A DNA stretch of 64,000 nucleotides. Source: Eledone cirrhosa (taxonomy: Eukaryota). Each line of letters begins with the position of its first letter. The first letter of the stretch is position 1. The position numbers and the translations under genes are program-made. The notes beneath the pieces are model-generated. The model ran no database searches, was not told the origin of the DNA, and saw nothing but the letters and a program-made list of their open reading frames with translations. The stretch covers positions 16,306,001 through 16,370,000 of the forward strand of contig OZ024752.1 in NCBI GenBank assembly GCA_964016885.1, in the 5' to 3' direction. Shown piece by piece: positions 15,350-28,140 of this stretch.

Positions 15350-18145
15350 GACATAAAGACAACCATGAAGCTATAGAGACAACAACACAATTGATAATAA
15401 CAATACTCCCTGGAATTCCACTTTCTACGACCCATCTGATAAGTGCTTCAACATAGGACGCCTTTACCCTACAACGCTTTTGTTTAACAAACGATCGAGT
15501 TTACCGTCGCAAGCTGATGACCAAACGGAGGCACAATTTACAATAACCATAACTAAACGTTAAAAGATTCTAGAACAGCATAGCAGGAAACAGAATAATA
15601 TGGAGGCCCAGCAACTGGAGGGAATCCGAAAATGGCTTGCGTAAGCTCATGCAGCGCTCACAAAATGGAGAGACTGTATGCTTTCCAGCAGACGAGTCTG
15701 GCAGAATATCAGTTAACAGCCTGCCAAACTACATCCAGGCAATGCAACCCCACATCATCAACACAAGAGAGGTAATACCACAGAGCATGAGGAAAAGGAA
15801 AAAACCTCAACGCTCATATGATGATGTGGTCTTGCATAATGCAGCCTAATAAACTGACTGTCAACAACTTCCAGGCCTGGAACAACGATATACTAACGCT
15901 GTATGGGCTTCGCAAAGACCACAAGGCAAATAGTGATCCAGTCACAGGACCACCAACACGGCCAGGCTGTGGAGCTAACATTGCTAGCAACTACAGACTC
16001 TCTTACTTCCCCGCCCTATCATCTAAATGTCCTCAGATATATGCGACAGCATGGAGGACCTCCTAAGCAGAATCAGTGAATGCAATCTGTCTAGAGGCCT
16101 AACAGGCTGTACAATACGTAGCATGGATGTAGTGTCACTATACCCATCCATCGACGTTTATTTTGTTGTAGAAATGATCAGCGAGAGCGATGTGGAATTC
16201 CGTGGAATTGATACCAGTGAGTTTGGTCTCCTAATTAAACTCAGACACAATAAGGAATATTTATACACACAGACCTCAACAGCCTCTTCCCCACAAGGCC
16301 AGAAAGAGGCAGGCCACCTACCATTACCTCAATGGTCGAGAAGACCAACACAGAAAGATAGAGCGGGTGGACTGGAGCAGTACGGACCCCCGAAAGCCAT
16401 AATGAATTAAAGAAAATTATCACATATGTGGTGGAGGCCAGTATAAAACTAACCCTTAAGGAACATATGTTCAATGTTAATGGCATAACATATGCCCAAG
16501 AGGAGGGGAAGCCATTGGTGTTAATATTGCAGTTGACATAACTAACCTTTTTATGGTATGGTGGGACAGAAGACTTAAGGAACAATTAGACAACAATTTT
16601 ATATCCCTGACTATGTATTCCCGCGACATAGATGACATAAACATCGTAGTAAAAACACCCCCACAGGAGAACAGTCAGGAATTAGAGAATAACACAATGG
16701 CAAGCATCCAGCAAATAACTAACTCCATCACCCAGAGTATTAAAGTTACTATAGACTACCCAAATAAACACCCTAACCATAGATTACCCGTACTAGACAC
16801 AGAACTCTGGTTGGAAACTATTAGTGATAGAACGCGAATCCATTCGCATTAGGCCAAACCCATGACCTCCAAATACCAGATCCATCGAAACGCAGCTGTT
16901 ACAGATCACATAAAAATCAATATACTGATTACGGACTTAGTAAGAGTGATGAGAAACGTGTCCCGCATGTGCAAGCCTAAAGAATTAGAGAGACACACAC
17001 AACACTTCTTCCACTGCATGCAGTTCTCTGGCTACAATCAGAGAGACAAGATCGGGGTATATAAAGGAGCCAGAACCAAATGGGCAAGGATTGTAGAAAA
17101 TTATGCGAATGGAACTTGCCCCATGTATAGGAGCAAATTTTGGAACTGAATTGAAAGGATTAGGAATAAGGCAAATAAAATAAGCTCATGGTTTGGTAGC
17201 AATAAATACCAGAGTGTAATGTTCATCAATACAACCCCTAGAGGTGAACTAGCTTATATATTTAGAAGGGCCCTAGACAAGGTTAAATTAAATATTAAGA
17301 TAGTTGAAAAACTAGGTATTCCCATAAAAAACATAGCCATTTCAAAGAACCTCCTGCATTGACAGGAAATGCATAGACTGCAATCTAAGCTCGCAAACTA
17401 ACTGCAAAACTAGGAACGTAGTCTATAGCATAAGATGTACTGAGGGACAGTGTAGGAATAAGAACATAACATACATAGGTGAAACAGCCCGTAGCATAGG
17501 AGAAAGGATAAGTGTGCACTGGTGAGAACTCCAGGATGGGAAAAACTCATCAGTACTCCACCAACATGCCAAAATAGAACATAGAACATTATATCCGCAC
17601 ATAGAAAAGACAAATTCCAGAGGCGACAAACGTAAACGAACTCCAACCAAAATTAAACAGAAAACATGAGTGGAATAACAACATCACAACTAGTAATTAA
17701 GGACAAAATGAAAACATACAGACACACACAAACAAAATTAACAAAACAAATCAGACACACACAGATAGAACAAACAACCAACTAGTGACAAGTAAATATA
17801 CACATAAATAAATAAATAAACACTCACACACACACACACGGACGGTACGCATGCGCACACTTAGCACACAACACACAAAAACAAGATGATGTTGGACAGC
17901 ACAAAGGAGGGACACAAAAACCTAGTCACTGAGCAGGTCACAGACTGTGTGACGAAAGAGCTTTGACAATATATAAACAACCTTCAGGTTATCGAACGAA
18001 CCAGCCAACCGGAAATGTATAATAAATTGAAGTGAAAACCAATAGGTGCGTGTGTTTTTATTGGCAACATGACCCTCCCAAAGTACAACAATTTCTGTTT
18101 CAACACACGTTTTCAGATAAAAAGTCATGCAAAACAAATTTTAAA
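15350..18145 (+). mobile_element. Decayed Penelope-like element (RT + GIY-YIG endonuclease), Naiad/Neptune-like
   Basis: Frameshifted fragments SMDVVSLYPSID, YSRDIDDI, DYPNKHPNHRLPVLD, KPMTSKYQIHRNAA. GIY-YIG region NCKTRNVVYSIRC..YIGETARSIGER..H..H at 17400-17570. HHR-like motif downstream; ends at (TA)n. Confidence 0.85.
17925..17967 (+). ncRNA. Degenerate type I hammerhead ribozyme in PLE 3' region
   Basis: GTCA-CTGAGCAG-GTCACA gactg TGTGAC-GAAA-GAGC-TT-TGAC. Stems I and II pair; the core deviates from CTGANGA. Confidence 0.55.
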
Positions 18146-18149
18146 ATGT

Positions 18150-18402
18150 AGTATATATATTTATATATATATGTGTGTATATATATATGTATATATATAT
18201 ATAATATATATAAATATATATATATATATATAATATATATAAATATATATATATATATAAATATATATATAATATATATAAATATATATATATAAATATA
18301 TATATAATATATATAAATATAATATATATAAATATAATATATATAAATATAATATATATAAATATAATATATATAATATATATATAATATATATATATAA
18401 TA

Positions 18403-18490
<88 letters not shown>
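18150..18490. repeat. (TA)n microsatellite
   Basis: Seen directly. Confidence 0.95.
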
Positions 18491-18494
<4 letters not shown>

Positions 18495-18545
18495 ATTAAG
18501 TCAAATATGTAAAATTTGGGTTGGTTTATTATAAATTATAAATAT

Positions 18546-18600
18546 ACTGCTATATAAATTTCGGTGACAGCCATCATTGGCTGTGACCTCTTCAGGCAGT
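18546..18600 (-). ncRNA. Type I hammerhead ribozyme
   Basis: Minus strand: ACTGC-CTGAAGA-GGTCACAGCCA atga TGGCTGTCACC-GAAA-TTTATA-TA-GCAGT. Canonical core, 5-bp stem I, 11-bp stem II with one mismatch. Confidence 0.85.
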
Positions 18601-19660
18601 CCGAATTGGTGTGGTAGAGACAGGTACACATGTTGTTGAAGTGTGTTTTACTCCGTCAATACATCGATATGTCCAGTTCCTGGTTGTGTTGTTATTCCTC
18701 TGAGGAACTGGAACCAATTTACTCCGGAGTAAAAAAACTAGCTGTCGAGTGCTCCAATCTGCATACTGAGGTGTCGGTAAACAACCAACATATACTCAAA
18801 ATTTATATATATAATGTATGTGTGTGTGTGTGTATCAATGCACTACATACAATATCCTCAGGCAAATTATTTAACTATACTTAATTCGATCTGCTTGTAA
18901 TACCAGAAAATACTCACAATAGACTTCATTGCTAATTGTGTTGTGTTATTTCTTTTAAATTCATGCAGTACCTTAACTGGTCTATTTGTTAGCATCTATT
19001 TTGGGTGCAATACATTTCATTTACAAGAATAATGCCAGTAATTAACCACGTGCCGAAAGAATAATTTGAAAACGCTTCATTTTTCTTAGTGTTTTTTTGT
19101 TTTGTGTTTTTAGGGGTGGATTAGATTTTAGTACTTTTTTCTTGTGGGGGAAAGTGAAATGTTGTAATTGATATCATTTTAAATGATTTGAGAATTCTTC
19201 TAGACTCTTGTGTGTTGTAAAATGTGTTTCAGAGAAACAATTATATCTTGCTTGGGAAGGAAGACAAAAAAATACAAAGCCACTAATTAATATTCTACTA
19301 CTTTTCACTAATTGATATCCCACCAATTTACACTAATTGCATAGTAATATAATTTAAAGCACAAATGCAGCATGAAATGGCGCTTTGTTTGTTTGTTTGG
19401 GGCTTTGTTTTGTTTTGTTTTTCGCAATTAATCTTAGTGTATTTCGACAAAGGAATTACCTTAACTACGGCTGAGTAAACCCAAGTGAAAGTAAATGATC
19501 TAATATCCTTTTGTTGTTAACTCCTATTTTTCATTTTTCAATTTATCTATTTCAGGTTCACTAAATTCAATATCAATCTATTGATATCACTGAAATGCCT
19601 GTTTATCTAAATATTCTGTGGTTATCAGAGTACAGACTATCAGTCAAGCATCAATTATTA

Positions 19661-19830
19661 ATGGCAGTATCGGTAGAGGGTTGGACATGCTTTCCAGCAT
19701 AGTTACGTCCCTTTACGATTTGAGTTCAAATCCTGCCGAGGTTAACTTTGCCTTTCATCCTTACGGGGTCGATAAAATAAAGTACCAGTAATGTACTGGA
19801 TAATTGCTGGCCTTGTGTAGTTTCAAAACT
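19661..19830 (+). mobile_element. tRNA-derived SINE, family A (Meta-like central domain)
   Basis: A-box-like TGGCAGTATCGG, B-box GAGTTCAAATCC, core GCCTTTCATCCTTACGGGGTCGATAAAATAAAGTACCAG shared with >15 copies in the window. Confidence 0.85.
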
Positions 19831-20294
19831 AATAGGATTAATTAATAAACACACGCCATCATCGATATAGAGAGAATGAAACTATGTTATTGGTTTTGTT
19901 CGTCTGGAAATAAAAAGAAATGCATCCTGAAGAATGACAATTAAAATGATAAATTGATTTCACCAAACCCTAATAACTGTCTCTCGTTTTCAGATTCTAT
20001 ATATTTTCGTAACCGTGATTTCATTTTTGCAGTTTGTTCACATATTGGTTTTAAAATGGTGCATAAAACAAAAGAGTGATATAGAATCAGTCCTTAGTAA
20101 GGTCAAGCTGAGATTGAATTCACAAACCCTTATATGACGTCTATTACACAAATAGTACCTGTGTGTGACATACACGATGCGTTAGAAAACTACGTGAAAT
20201 ATAGCTTCGGGAATTCATTCCCAGCTCAAGCACTTAATTGCCAGGTATAAACAACACCTTTAAATCGTAAAAAAAAGAATCAAAGCAACAACAA

Positions 20295-20480
20295 TAATGG
20301 GGGAGGGGAAGTCGATAAAATTGACTCCAGTGCGTGACTGGTACTTTATTTTATCGACATTATAAGGATGAAAAGCAAAGATAATCTCGGTGAGATTTAA
20401 ACTCAGAACGTAAATGAATGTAACTATATGCGGCAAAGCATGTTGTCTGAAGCTCTACCGATACTGAATGTCCACCGCCC
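20295..20480 (-). mobile_element. SINE family A
   Basis: Reverse complement of the same core, diverged. Confidence 0.75.
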
Positions 20481-20499
20481 TAATAATAATAATAATGAG

Positions 20500-22400
20500 A
20501 CACTAAACAGAACGGAAGTGGGGCATAAATACTACAACAAGAAAATTAACTATATGGATGATCTAAAGCTGTATGTTACAGACGAGACATAACTCGAAAC
20601 ACTGCTACTTACAGTACATGGATTCACAAAAGAAATAAGCATGAAAGATTGTCAAGAAAATGCACCAAGGCATCTCTGGAAAGAGAAAAACTATCATGGT
20701 AAATAAATAAACTAAGTTAAGAGAATTTGATCAAACACAGTCATACAAGTACTTAGGAATCAACGAATTCGTTAGGGTTTAACATACACAGATGAAAGTA
20801 AAGATTAGAAAGGAATATTGCAGACGAATTGTATTATTACTTAAAGCTGAACTGAATGCAAAGAATAAGGTAATTGCCATCAATACTCTAGCGATGGAGA
20901 AGGCGTTTCCCCGGAGGATGGTAAGGGAGACGCGCTGGAAAAGCCATTCCAGCTTGCGAAGCTCACACCTGCGGCTGGCCAGCTCAGTGCCTATGGTGGT
21001 GAATAGGAAGGTAGCCCTAGGGATGAGGACACCAGAAGTCTCCACTGCCAAGGGTACAACTGCAAAGCTGTCGGAGAGCGACCGGTATTTGAAGAGTTTG
21101 GCCTCCTCAGCCTGACGTGCAGCAGAACCTGGATTAGTCGCAGACTGCATAAGGTTGCGGCTGGAGAAAGTGTCGGTGCAAGGGCTACATCCCTACTCAC
21201 CACCATAGGTGCTGAGCTGTCCAACCGTATGTGTGAACCTCGCGAGCTGGAATGGCTTTTCCAGCGCGTTCCCTTGCCGTCCTCCGGGGAAACGCCTTCT
21301 CCATTCTGTCCGCCGGGGCTTTGGGAGGCCACCAATAATTGACTGACTTGTCATTTTATCAGTCAGATGTTCTAATGATTCTATATATAGAGAGAGATAT
21401 CTATATACCTGAACACACGGCGGAAGGGGTCGCATACAACTAGAAAACTGTTATAAAATAATTACTGTGGGAATACAAATATATCTAAAGTAGAACTAAG
21501 AAGGGTTAATAGAAATAGCCATGAAGCATGAAAAAAAACAAAATGTGTTCTCTGTTTTCAAAGAAACCAACAAAATTCAAACAGAAGTCAGATTAACATA
21601 TAATTGTGAGGAAAATTAAATCAATGAAGAAACAACAATACAAATTGTGAAAAACATAAAATATAAATTAAAATCAAATCTCCAGAATGCCATGTTTAAA
21701 CAATGGCAAGAAAAAATCTTACATGGCCGATATCTGAAGGACAATATAGAGGAAGCAGACAAGCAAATCTCACAAGATTGGTGACGAAGCACTAGACCTA
21801 AAGCAGTAACGGAAGGATTTCTAATTGCATCACAAGGCCAAAGCGTCCTCATCAGAAACCACTAGAAATACATAATGAAGCAGAACATTGTAACTGCAGA
21901 ATATCTGGGCAAATACAATTAACCACCTTATCTCTGGCTGCCCAGTCTAGCTAAAAGGGAATATATCCACAGACATAATAGAGTTATGCCAATATTATGA
22001 AATACCAACCGAAAAAGATGGTGCATACACAGTAGAAAATCAGAAAATGACAAAGCAACCATTCATAGGGATATACCAATACACACAGACAGGGAGATAA
22101 AAGCTAACCAACCAGATTTTATAGGCAAAGACCACAAAGAAAACAAATCTCTTCTAATTCATGTATCAATCCCCGCAGATAACAATATATCTAACAAGGA
22201 AATGGAAAAACTATCCAAATATAAATATCTAGAAATAACTCGAATGTGGATGGTGAAAACAGAAACAATACCTATAATTATAGGTGGTCTGGGAATGATA
22301 ATAAAACACAGACAGATACACAACCAAAACCCCGAGACTTATAGATATATACAGCATACAGAAAATAGGCACTGCACACATATTACGAATGCCACCACCA
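20500..22400 (+). mobile_element. Decayed R4/Dong-like RLE non-LTR retrotransposon, interrupted by a CRE-like insert
   Basis: YMDDLKLY (~20552), YKYLGI, ELNAKNKVIAINTLA, HGRY, QPD..DHKENKSLLIHVSIP, KLSKYKYLEI. Preceded by (TAA)n. Confidence 0.8.
20891..21335. mobile_element. Two CRE-like LINE 3' ends in inverted orientation (20891-21192 minus, 21192-21335 plus)
   Basis: AARQAEEAKLFKY..VPLAVETSG..WLFQRVSLTILRGNA is the CRE-type RLE C-terminus. A diverged copy of the last ~115 bp lies on the plus strand. Confidence 0.75.
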
Positions 22401-22469
22401 CCAAAAACCACACTGCACATACCCAAGGCGGACAGAGCGGCGCTCGGTAATTCTTTCTAACATTGGAAC

Positions 22470-22474
<5 letters not shown>

Positions 22475-22552
<78 letters not shown>

Positions 22553-22597
22553 TCCCTCTCCCTCTCTCTCCCTTCATCTCCCTCTCTCTCTCTCTCT
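22475..22597. repeat. (CT)n microsatellite
   Basis: Seen directly. Confidence 0.95.
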
Positions 22598-23260
22598 TTG
22601 TCTTTCAGTTTTTCATACTCTAAAGTATCTCTTACTTCCACAAGTCCAGCAGCTTGGATTTCTACTCTGCTCGATCAGTCACTATGTGTTTAGTTCTCTA
22701 AACCCTATGAAGCACATTTCCGAAATAACCCTCTAGCTTTCAAGGTACATTAGGGCATTTCATTCCATAATCACTCTTTGACCACCATTGTCCACGATCT
22801 CTGCACTTACCTATATTGTGCTGCAAAGGTGACAGCGATCTAGATTCAATGCCACGGCTAATGTTCAACACTATCATGTTGGTACGTATTGTGCTGGTTT
22901 ATGTATTGTGGTTAGAGCCTATGGATAGGCACGGCTCACCTTAGCTCTTTGCTTGCCGCTTCACCTCGGTCTTCAATGCTAGGCAGATGCTTCATTTTGA
23001 TCTTGAGATACACTGGTCTATATTTCATCCAGAGCTTCCTTGAGTTTCTTTTTTGAGAAGCAGGAGTGGAAGGTTCCACTCACCACACCACTCCAACTCA
23101 ACCATGCGCTCATACCGAGATTGAGGTATGTTACTTTTCTCTTTGGCCCCCTACTTAAACAATTTCTTCAGATAAGGAGTCGCACTTCTTTTTGACACCC
23201 ACCTGTCTGGTTTCTTTCTCTGTTTTACAGGATAGCTAACCATGTCTCAAAGAGTACAAG
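22598..23260 (-). mobile_element. Very decayed RLE-LINE (HERO-like) 3' end abutting (GA)n; related piece at ~26518-26760
   Basis: 22600-22665 resembles 26518-26590, and both follow CT tracts. Minus-strand remnants resemble RG..S.WLWK.R. Confidence 0.3.
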
Positions 23261-23993
23261 CTAACATGAAACTCCGTTATCAGCTGAAGTCTAATTAATT
23301 AACGATTCAAATAGAATTGATAGATTAATAATCCGTGATTTTTAACGACACAAGAAGCAGAGAATTAAATATTCAAACTTATAACTTGTAGACTATTTCA
23401 TATCAATGTTAGAACTTCTTTCTTCAAGCAACTTTCGTAAAGCAACTTCTAATGGCACTAACATTATGCCAATATCTTGTGTGTCTGTGTTTTCTTGTTT
23501 TGTTTAGTATTTTGTTTGTTTGTTTTTTGTCGTCGCCGCCATTATTCTCATTTTCTCTGCAAATATTTTAATCAATATTGTCACCTCTTTCAAAGCCTTT
23601 ATTTCCCCCAATCCACCCCCGTATATGACTGTTTGTTCAGTGTTGATACCTGTCTTTTATCGATTTCTTTTCATATTTTTCAGTCTGTGCTAATATTTTT
23701 TACCCATAAAATTTGTTTTGGTATGGAGGCTATTTATTTAAGTTGAAAGCTACTCCCACAATGACCAGCATCTCCACCCGCTACCCTTCATACAAAGAAG
23801 CGTACTGAAATAATTGAAGTGAAACAAAGTTTTTCCAAACGGGGCAAGAAAAGGAGAAAACAAATGTTTCACCTCTCTTTATCATAATTCTATGCGACGC
23901 AGAAATGATAATTAAATTTTTGAAAAAAAAAAATTTAACAAAGATTAATTCAAAACAGGAGTCCACATAAACACGTCTGACAGGCAAGAAGAT

Positions 23994-24036
<43 letters not shown>

Positions 24037-24074
24037 GCAGCAGCAGCAACGACAACAACAACAACAACAACAAC

Positions 24075-24119
<45 letters not shown>
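23994..24119. repeat. (CAA)n/(CAG)n/(TAA)n compound microsatellite
   Basis: Seen directly. Confidence 0.95.
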
Positions 24120-25596
24120 TATAAACTTACAAATATCTAGGTGTCTGTGAAGGAGACGGAATCAAGCACTCGACAATGAGGGAAAGGATAAGGAAGGAAT
24201 GTTACCGCAGAGTCAGAGCAATCTTTAAGAACGGAATTGAATGCAAGGAATAGGATCGATGCCATAAACACGCTTGCCATACCAGTAGTAACCTACAGTT
24301 ACAATGTCATCAATTGGTCAAGCACAGAGATACGTAGGCTCGATACAAAAATTAGAAAATTCTTAACCATGCACAGAATGCATCACCCTAAGGCAGATGC
24401 AGATAGAATATATCGCCCTAGGAAAGCAGGAGGGCGTGGGTTAATCCAGTTAGATATTGCGTTGAAAACTGCAACAATTGGATTATCTACATATGTAAGG
24501 GAATCACATGATTGGATGATCAAACACGTTTTGAAACACGAAAGCATCAAAAGATCATATTCCATTACAACAGATGCACAAAGATACAGTAATGGACTAC
24601 AAATTTCAGAAGTCCCATTTACTGCTGAAATGGAAAACACAGAAAAAGCAAAGCAGGTAAAAGTAACTGCAAAGAAAGAACTGCTACAGAAACTGGCTAA
24701 GAAATGGCAAGAAAAGCCTCTGTATGGAAAATACCCAGAAAGAGCTAACAATCCTGATGTTGACAAAACTTTAACCCATCAGTGGTTGGCATCCTCTGGA
24801 CTGAAATCGGAGACTGAAGGACTGATTATATCAGCACAAGATCAGTGTCTGCCAACAAAAAATTACCACGCCAACATAATAAAAAATGGATGCAAGCCAT
24901 TATGCCGTGTATGTAAAAAACAACCAGAAACCATTGATCATATAATTTCAATGTGCAGTCCTATAGCTCCAACCGAATACCTACACAGGCATAACAGAGC
25001 TGCACAATACATACATTGGATAATGTGTAAGCATTTTGACCTGCTCCATCAAAAGAATTGGTGGGAGCATCAACCACCTCCCATACTTGAAAAAGATCAC
25101 ATCTCAATCTAGTGGAACTTTAGCATCCAAACAGACCGAAAAATAGATGCAAATAGACCTGATATAATACTGAAGGACTTTAAAAAGAGGGTATGCCTGT
25201 TAATTGATATGTCCGTTCCAATAGACAAGAATGTATGTATAAAAACATTTGAAAAATTGAGCAAGTATAAGGACCTGCAGATAGAAATTGAGAACTAAAA
25301 CAATACCAGTGGCTGTAGGCGCTCTAGAAATGATACCTAAGGGGTCTAATGATTACTTATCGCAAATCCCAGGAAACCCGCGTATAGGAGAAATACAAAA
25401 GATAGTACTAATGGGAACTGCCCATATACTAAGGAAGATTCTGTCAATATAAGTACATCACAAGTCTAAACACCTAAAGATGCATGTGTGAGTATGTATG
25501 TTCTTTCTTGAACATGGCGGACCTTGTTGTCTCTTGAGGTCACTGGTTGTGACTTGGTGATAACTCGTATGAACATAAAGCAAGATAAATGCAGCT

Positions 25597-25597
<1 letters not shown>
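24120..25597 (+). mobile_element. 5'-truncated R4/Dong-like LINE inserted in (TAA)n
   Basis: YKYLG, GGRGLI, CCHC knuckle CRVCKKQPETIDHIISMC, RHN, RLE motif RPDII..LIDMSVP..KLSKYKDL. (TAA)n on both sides. Premature stop at 25110. Confidence 0.92.
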
Positions 25598-25641
<44 letters not shown>

Positions 25642-25659
25642 TAATAAATGATAAATACT

Positions 25660-25908
25660 GCAAATAATTAATTCAGCAAACACAATTGAGACTGAAGCAT
25701 CCGGAATTTGGAATGAAGTAATGAAACATTATTAATGTATCTCTGACAACAGCTTTTAATAAATTAGAAAATTGACCAGAAGTGATACCTGACTGGCCAC
25801 TCGAAAGGTAACATTTATCGATTATCAAAAATAAGAATACCAGAGGCTCCCAAAATTACAGAACGGTAATTTGTTTGCCAACACTACGGAAAGCTGGAAC
25901 CAACTTGT
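25660..25908 (+). mobile_element. Dong-like RT N-terminal fragment
   Basis: Remnant IPDW...KNKNTRGSQNYRTVICLPT, equivalent to NYRPITCLPT. Confidence 0.55.
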
Positions 25909-26325
25909 AAGTCTCTACATAACTCCTAAACCTACAATACCGCCATATTAAAGTCTCTACATAACTCCTAAACCTACAATACCGCCATATTAAAGTCCCT
26001 ACACAACTCCTAAACCTACAATATCGCCATATTAAAGTCTCTACAATACCGTCATATTAAAGTCTCTACAATACCGTCATATTAAAGTCTCTACAATATC
26101 GCCATATTAAAGTCTCTACAATACCGTCATATTAAAGTCTCTACACAAATAAGCCTACAACATCGCAATATTAAAGTCCCTACACAACTAAACCTACAAT
26201 ATCGCCATATTAAAGTCTCTACACAACTAAGCCTACAATATCGCCATATTAAAGTCTCTACATAACTTCTAAACCTACAATACCGCCATATTAAAGTCTC
26301 TACACAACTAAACCTACTCTACCAC
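25909..26325. repeat. Minisatellite with 25- to 42-bp unit variants (AAGTCTCTACA...TACCGCCATATTA)
   Basis: About 12 tandem units; periods of 42 and 25 measured directly. Confidence 0.9.
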
Positions 26326-27199
26326 CATACTGTCTTAGTAAAAAGGGAACCGTTAGATAATTCCGTCCTGGACACATCAATATACTGCACTAGGACCCTT
26401 GTATTACGTTATTCCATATATTGTGACACTAGCCTATGAGCAGTTATTTTTGCTGCTTCTGCTATTATAAACCCACTTATCCACCCACCCCCTCTCTCTC
26501 TTTCTCTCTCTCTCTCCCCTTTCAGTTCCTCGGGCTAGAAAGCCCTAAAGTCTTTCTTACTTTCACAAGTCCACTAACTGGAGTTCCTACTCGAAAGGTT
26601 GGGAGGTTCATGTATAAAATATCTTTAATAATTATTCTGTCATATCGGAGCTAATGTTGAATGTTAGGGTGCATGCCCTTTCTCCTCTTACATTCTCCAG
26701 AATACAGCTGCATATTGGGAGAAGAACTTCACTCTGGCAATTTTCATCACTCTTCCTCACCTTTCAAATCAATTCTCTGTTATTCTCAACTTTCTCCTCA
26801 AATTGAACTTGAAACTATCGATGAGGGTTGATGAAAGTGTTGTGTGTTTTCAGTGGTGTCCACTATACAGCCACTTCTACAATAGTCACCAATCACAGGT
26901 AACTACCTACTTTACCCGACCAAAAGATTTTCGCGATGAACTCGATCGACAGCCGTACCCCTACTACGCGACACAAAAACTGTGGTAAACTCTTAATGGA
27001 TTCTACACCTCTTATTCGAAACAGAACTCTTACGAGGCCATTGTAGAGATTCGTCTGTACGATGTAGGACACGAAGTGGAAATTATTGTGAATAGCTCTG
27101 TCGCTATTGCACATCTCCGAGAACAAGCGACAAAGTCTTTGCTAGTTCCTTGGTTAAAATCATAAGTTCTGCTTTCAACGAAGTTGTGGCCTAGAAATA

Positions 27200-27395
27200 A
27201 TGATTTCTACTTTAGGCACAAGGCCATCAATTTTGGGGGATGGGAAATTCGATTAAATAAACTCCAGTGCATTACTGGTGCTTATTGTATCAACCGCGTA
27301 AGGATGAAAGGCCGGGATTTGAACTCATAACATAAAGGGCCGTAACTCTATATCGAAAAGTATGTTATCCGACGCTCTACTGATACAGCCAAACC
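27200..27395 (-). mobile_element. SINE family A (internally deleted)
   Basis: Shared core and B-box. Confidence 0.7.
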
Positions 27396-27419
27396 ACTGC
27401 CCTTGTGGCCGAGAAATAA

Positions 27420-27800
27420 TAAATAACCTTTTTCTTATTCTTGTTCTCCTGAAGTAACACTACAATTCTCTGTTTCAAAGTACTAAGAATTACTCTTCTT
27501 TGTCGCCAGTTGTGTCGGTAATTAGCCCAGCATGCATACGTAAAGCTCGAAGGCAAGATCATCTAACTACGAAAATTGGCCTCATTCCCAGCACGTTACA
27601 GTCAACCTTAAATCAGTTGTCGTTATCTACTTGTTGTAGCACATCGAGTTCTTCGCTAAGCAGGTTCAATTCATAAAGTTCAAACAATGTCTCCGATCCG
27701 CTGCTTACTCCGAACAATTTAAGTGAGTGGAAAGCTGTATAGATCCTCCAATAATTGAATTGAACATGTCTCCATAGTTAAAGATTGAATTTAACCTATG
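27420..27800 (-). mobile_element. Decayed RTE-like LINE 3' remnant
   Basis: Weak motif remnants only (METCS; A..R..W). Confidence 0.3.
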
Positions 27801-27883
27801 TTGTCATGTCGGGCTTCTCAAACACATCTCTTATATACATATATGAAAAGTATAGAAAGGGGTCAGCGAAGTATATTATTATG

Positions 27884-28140
<257 letters not shown>

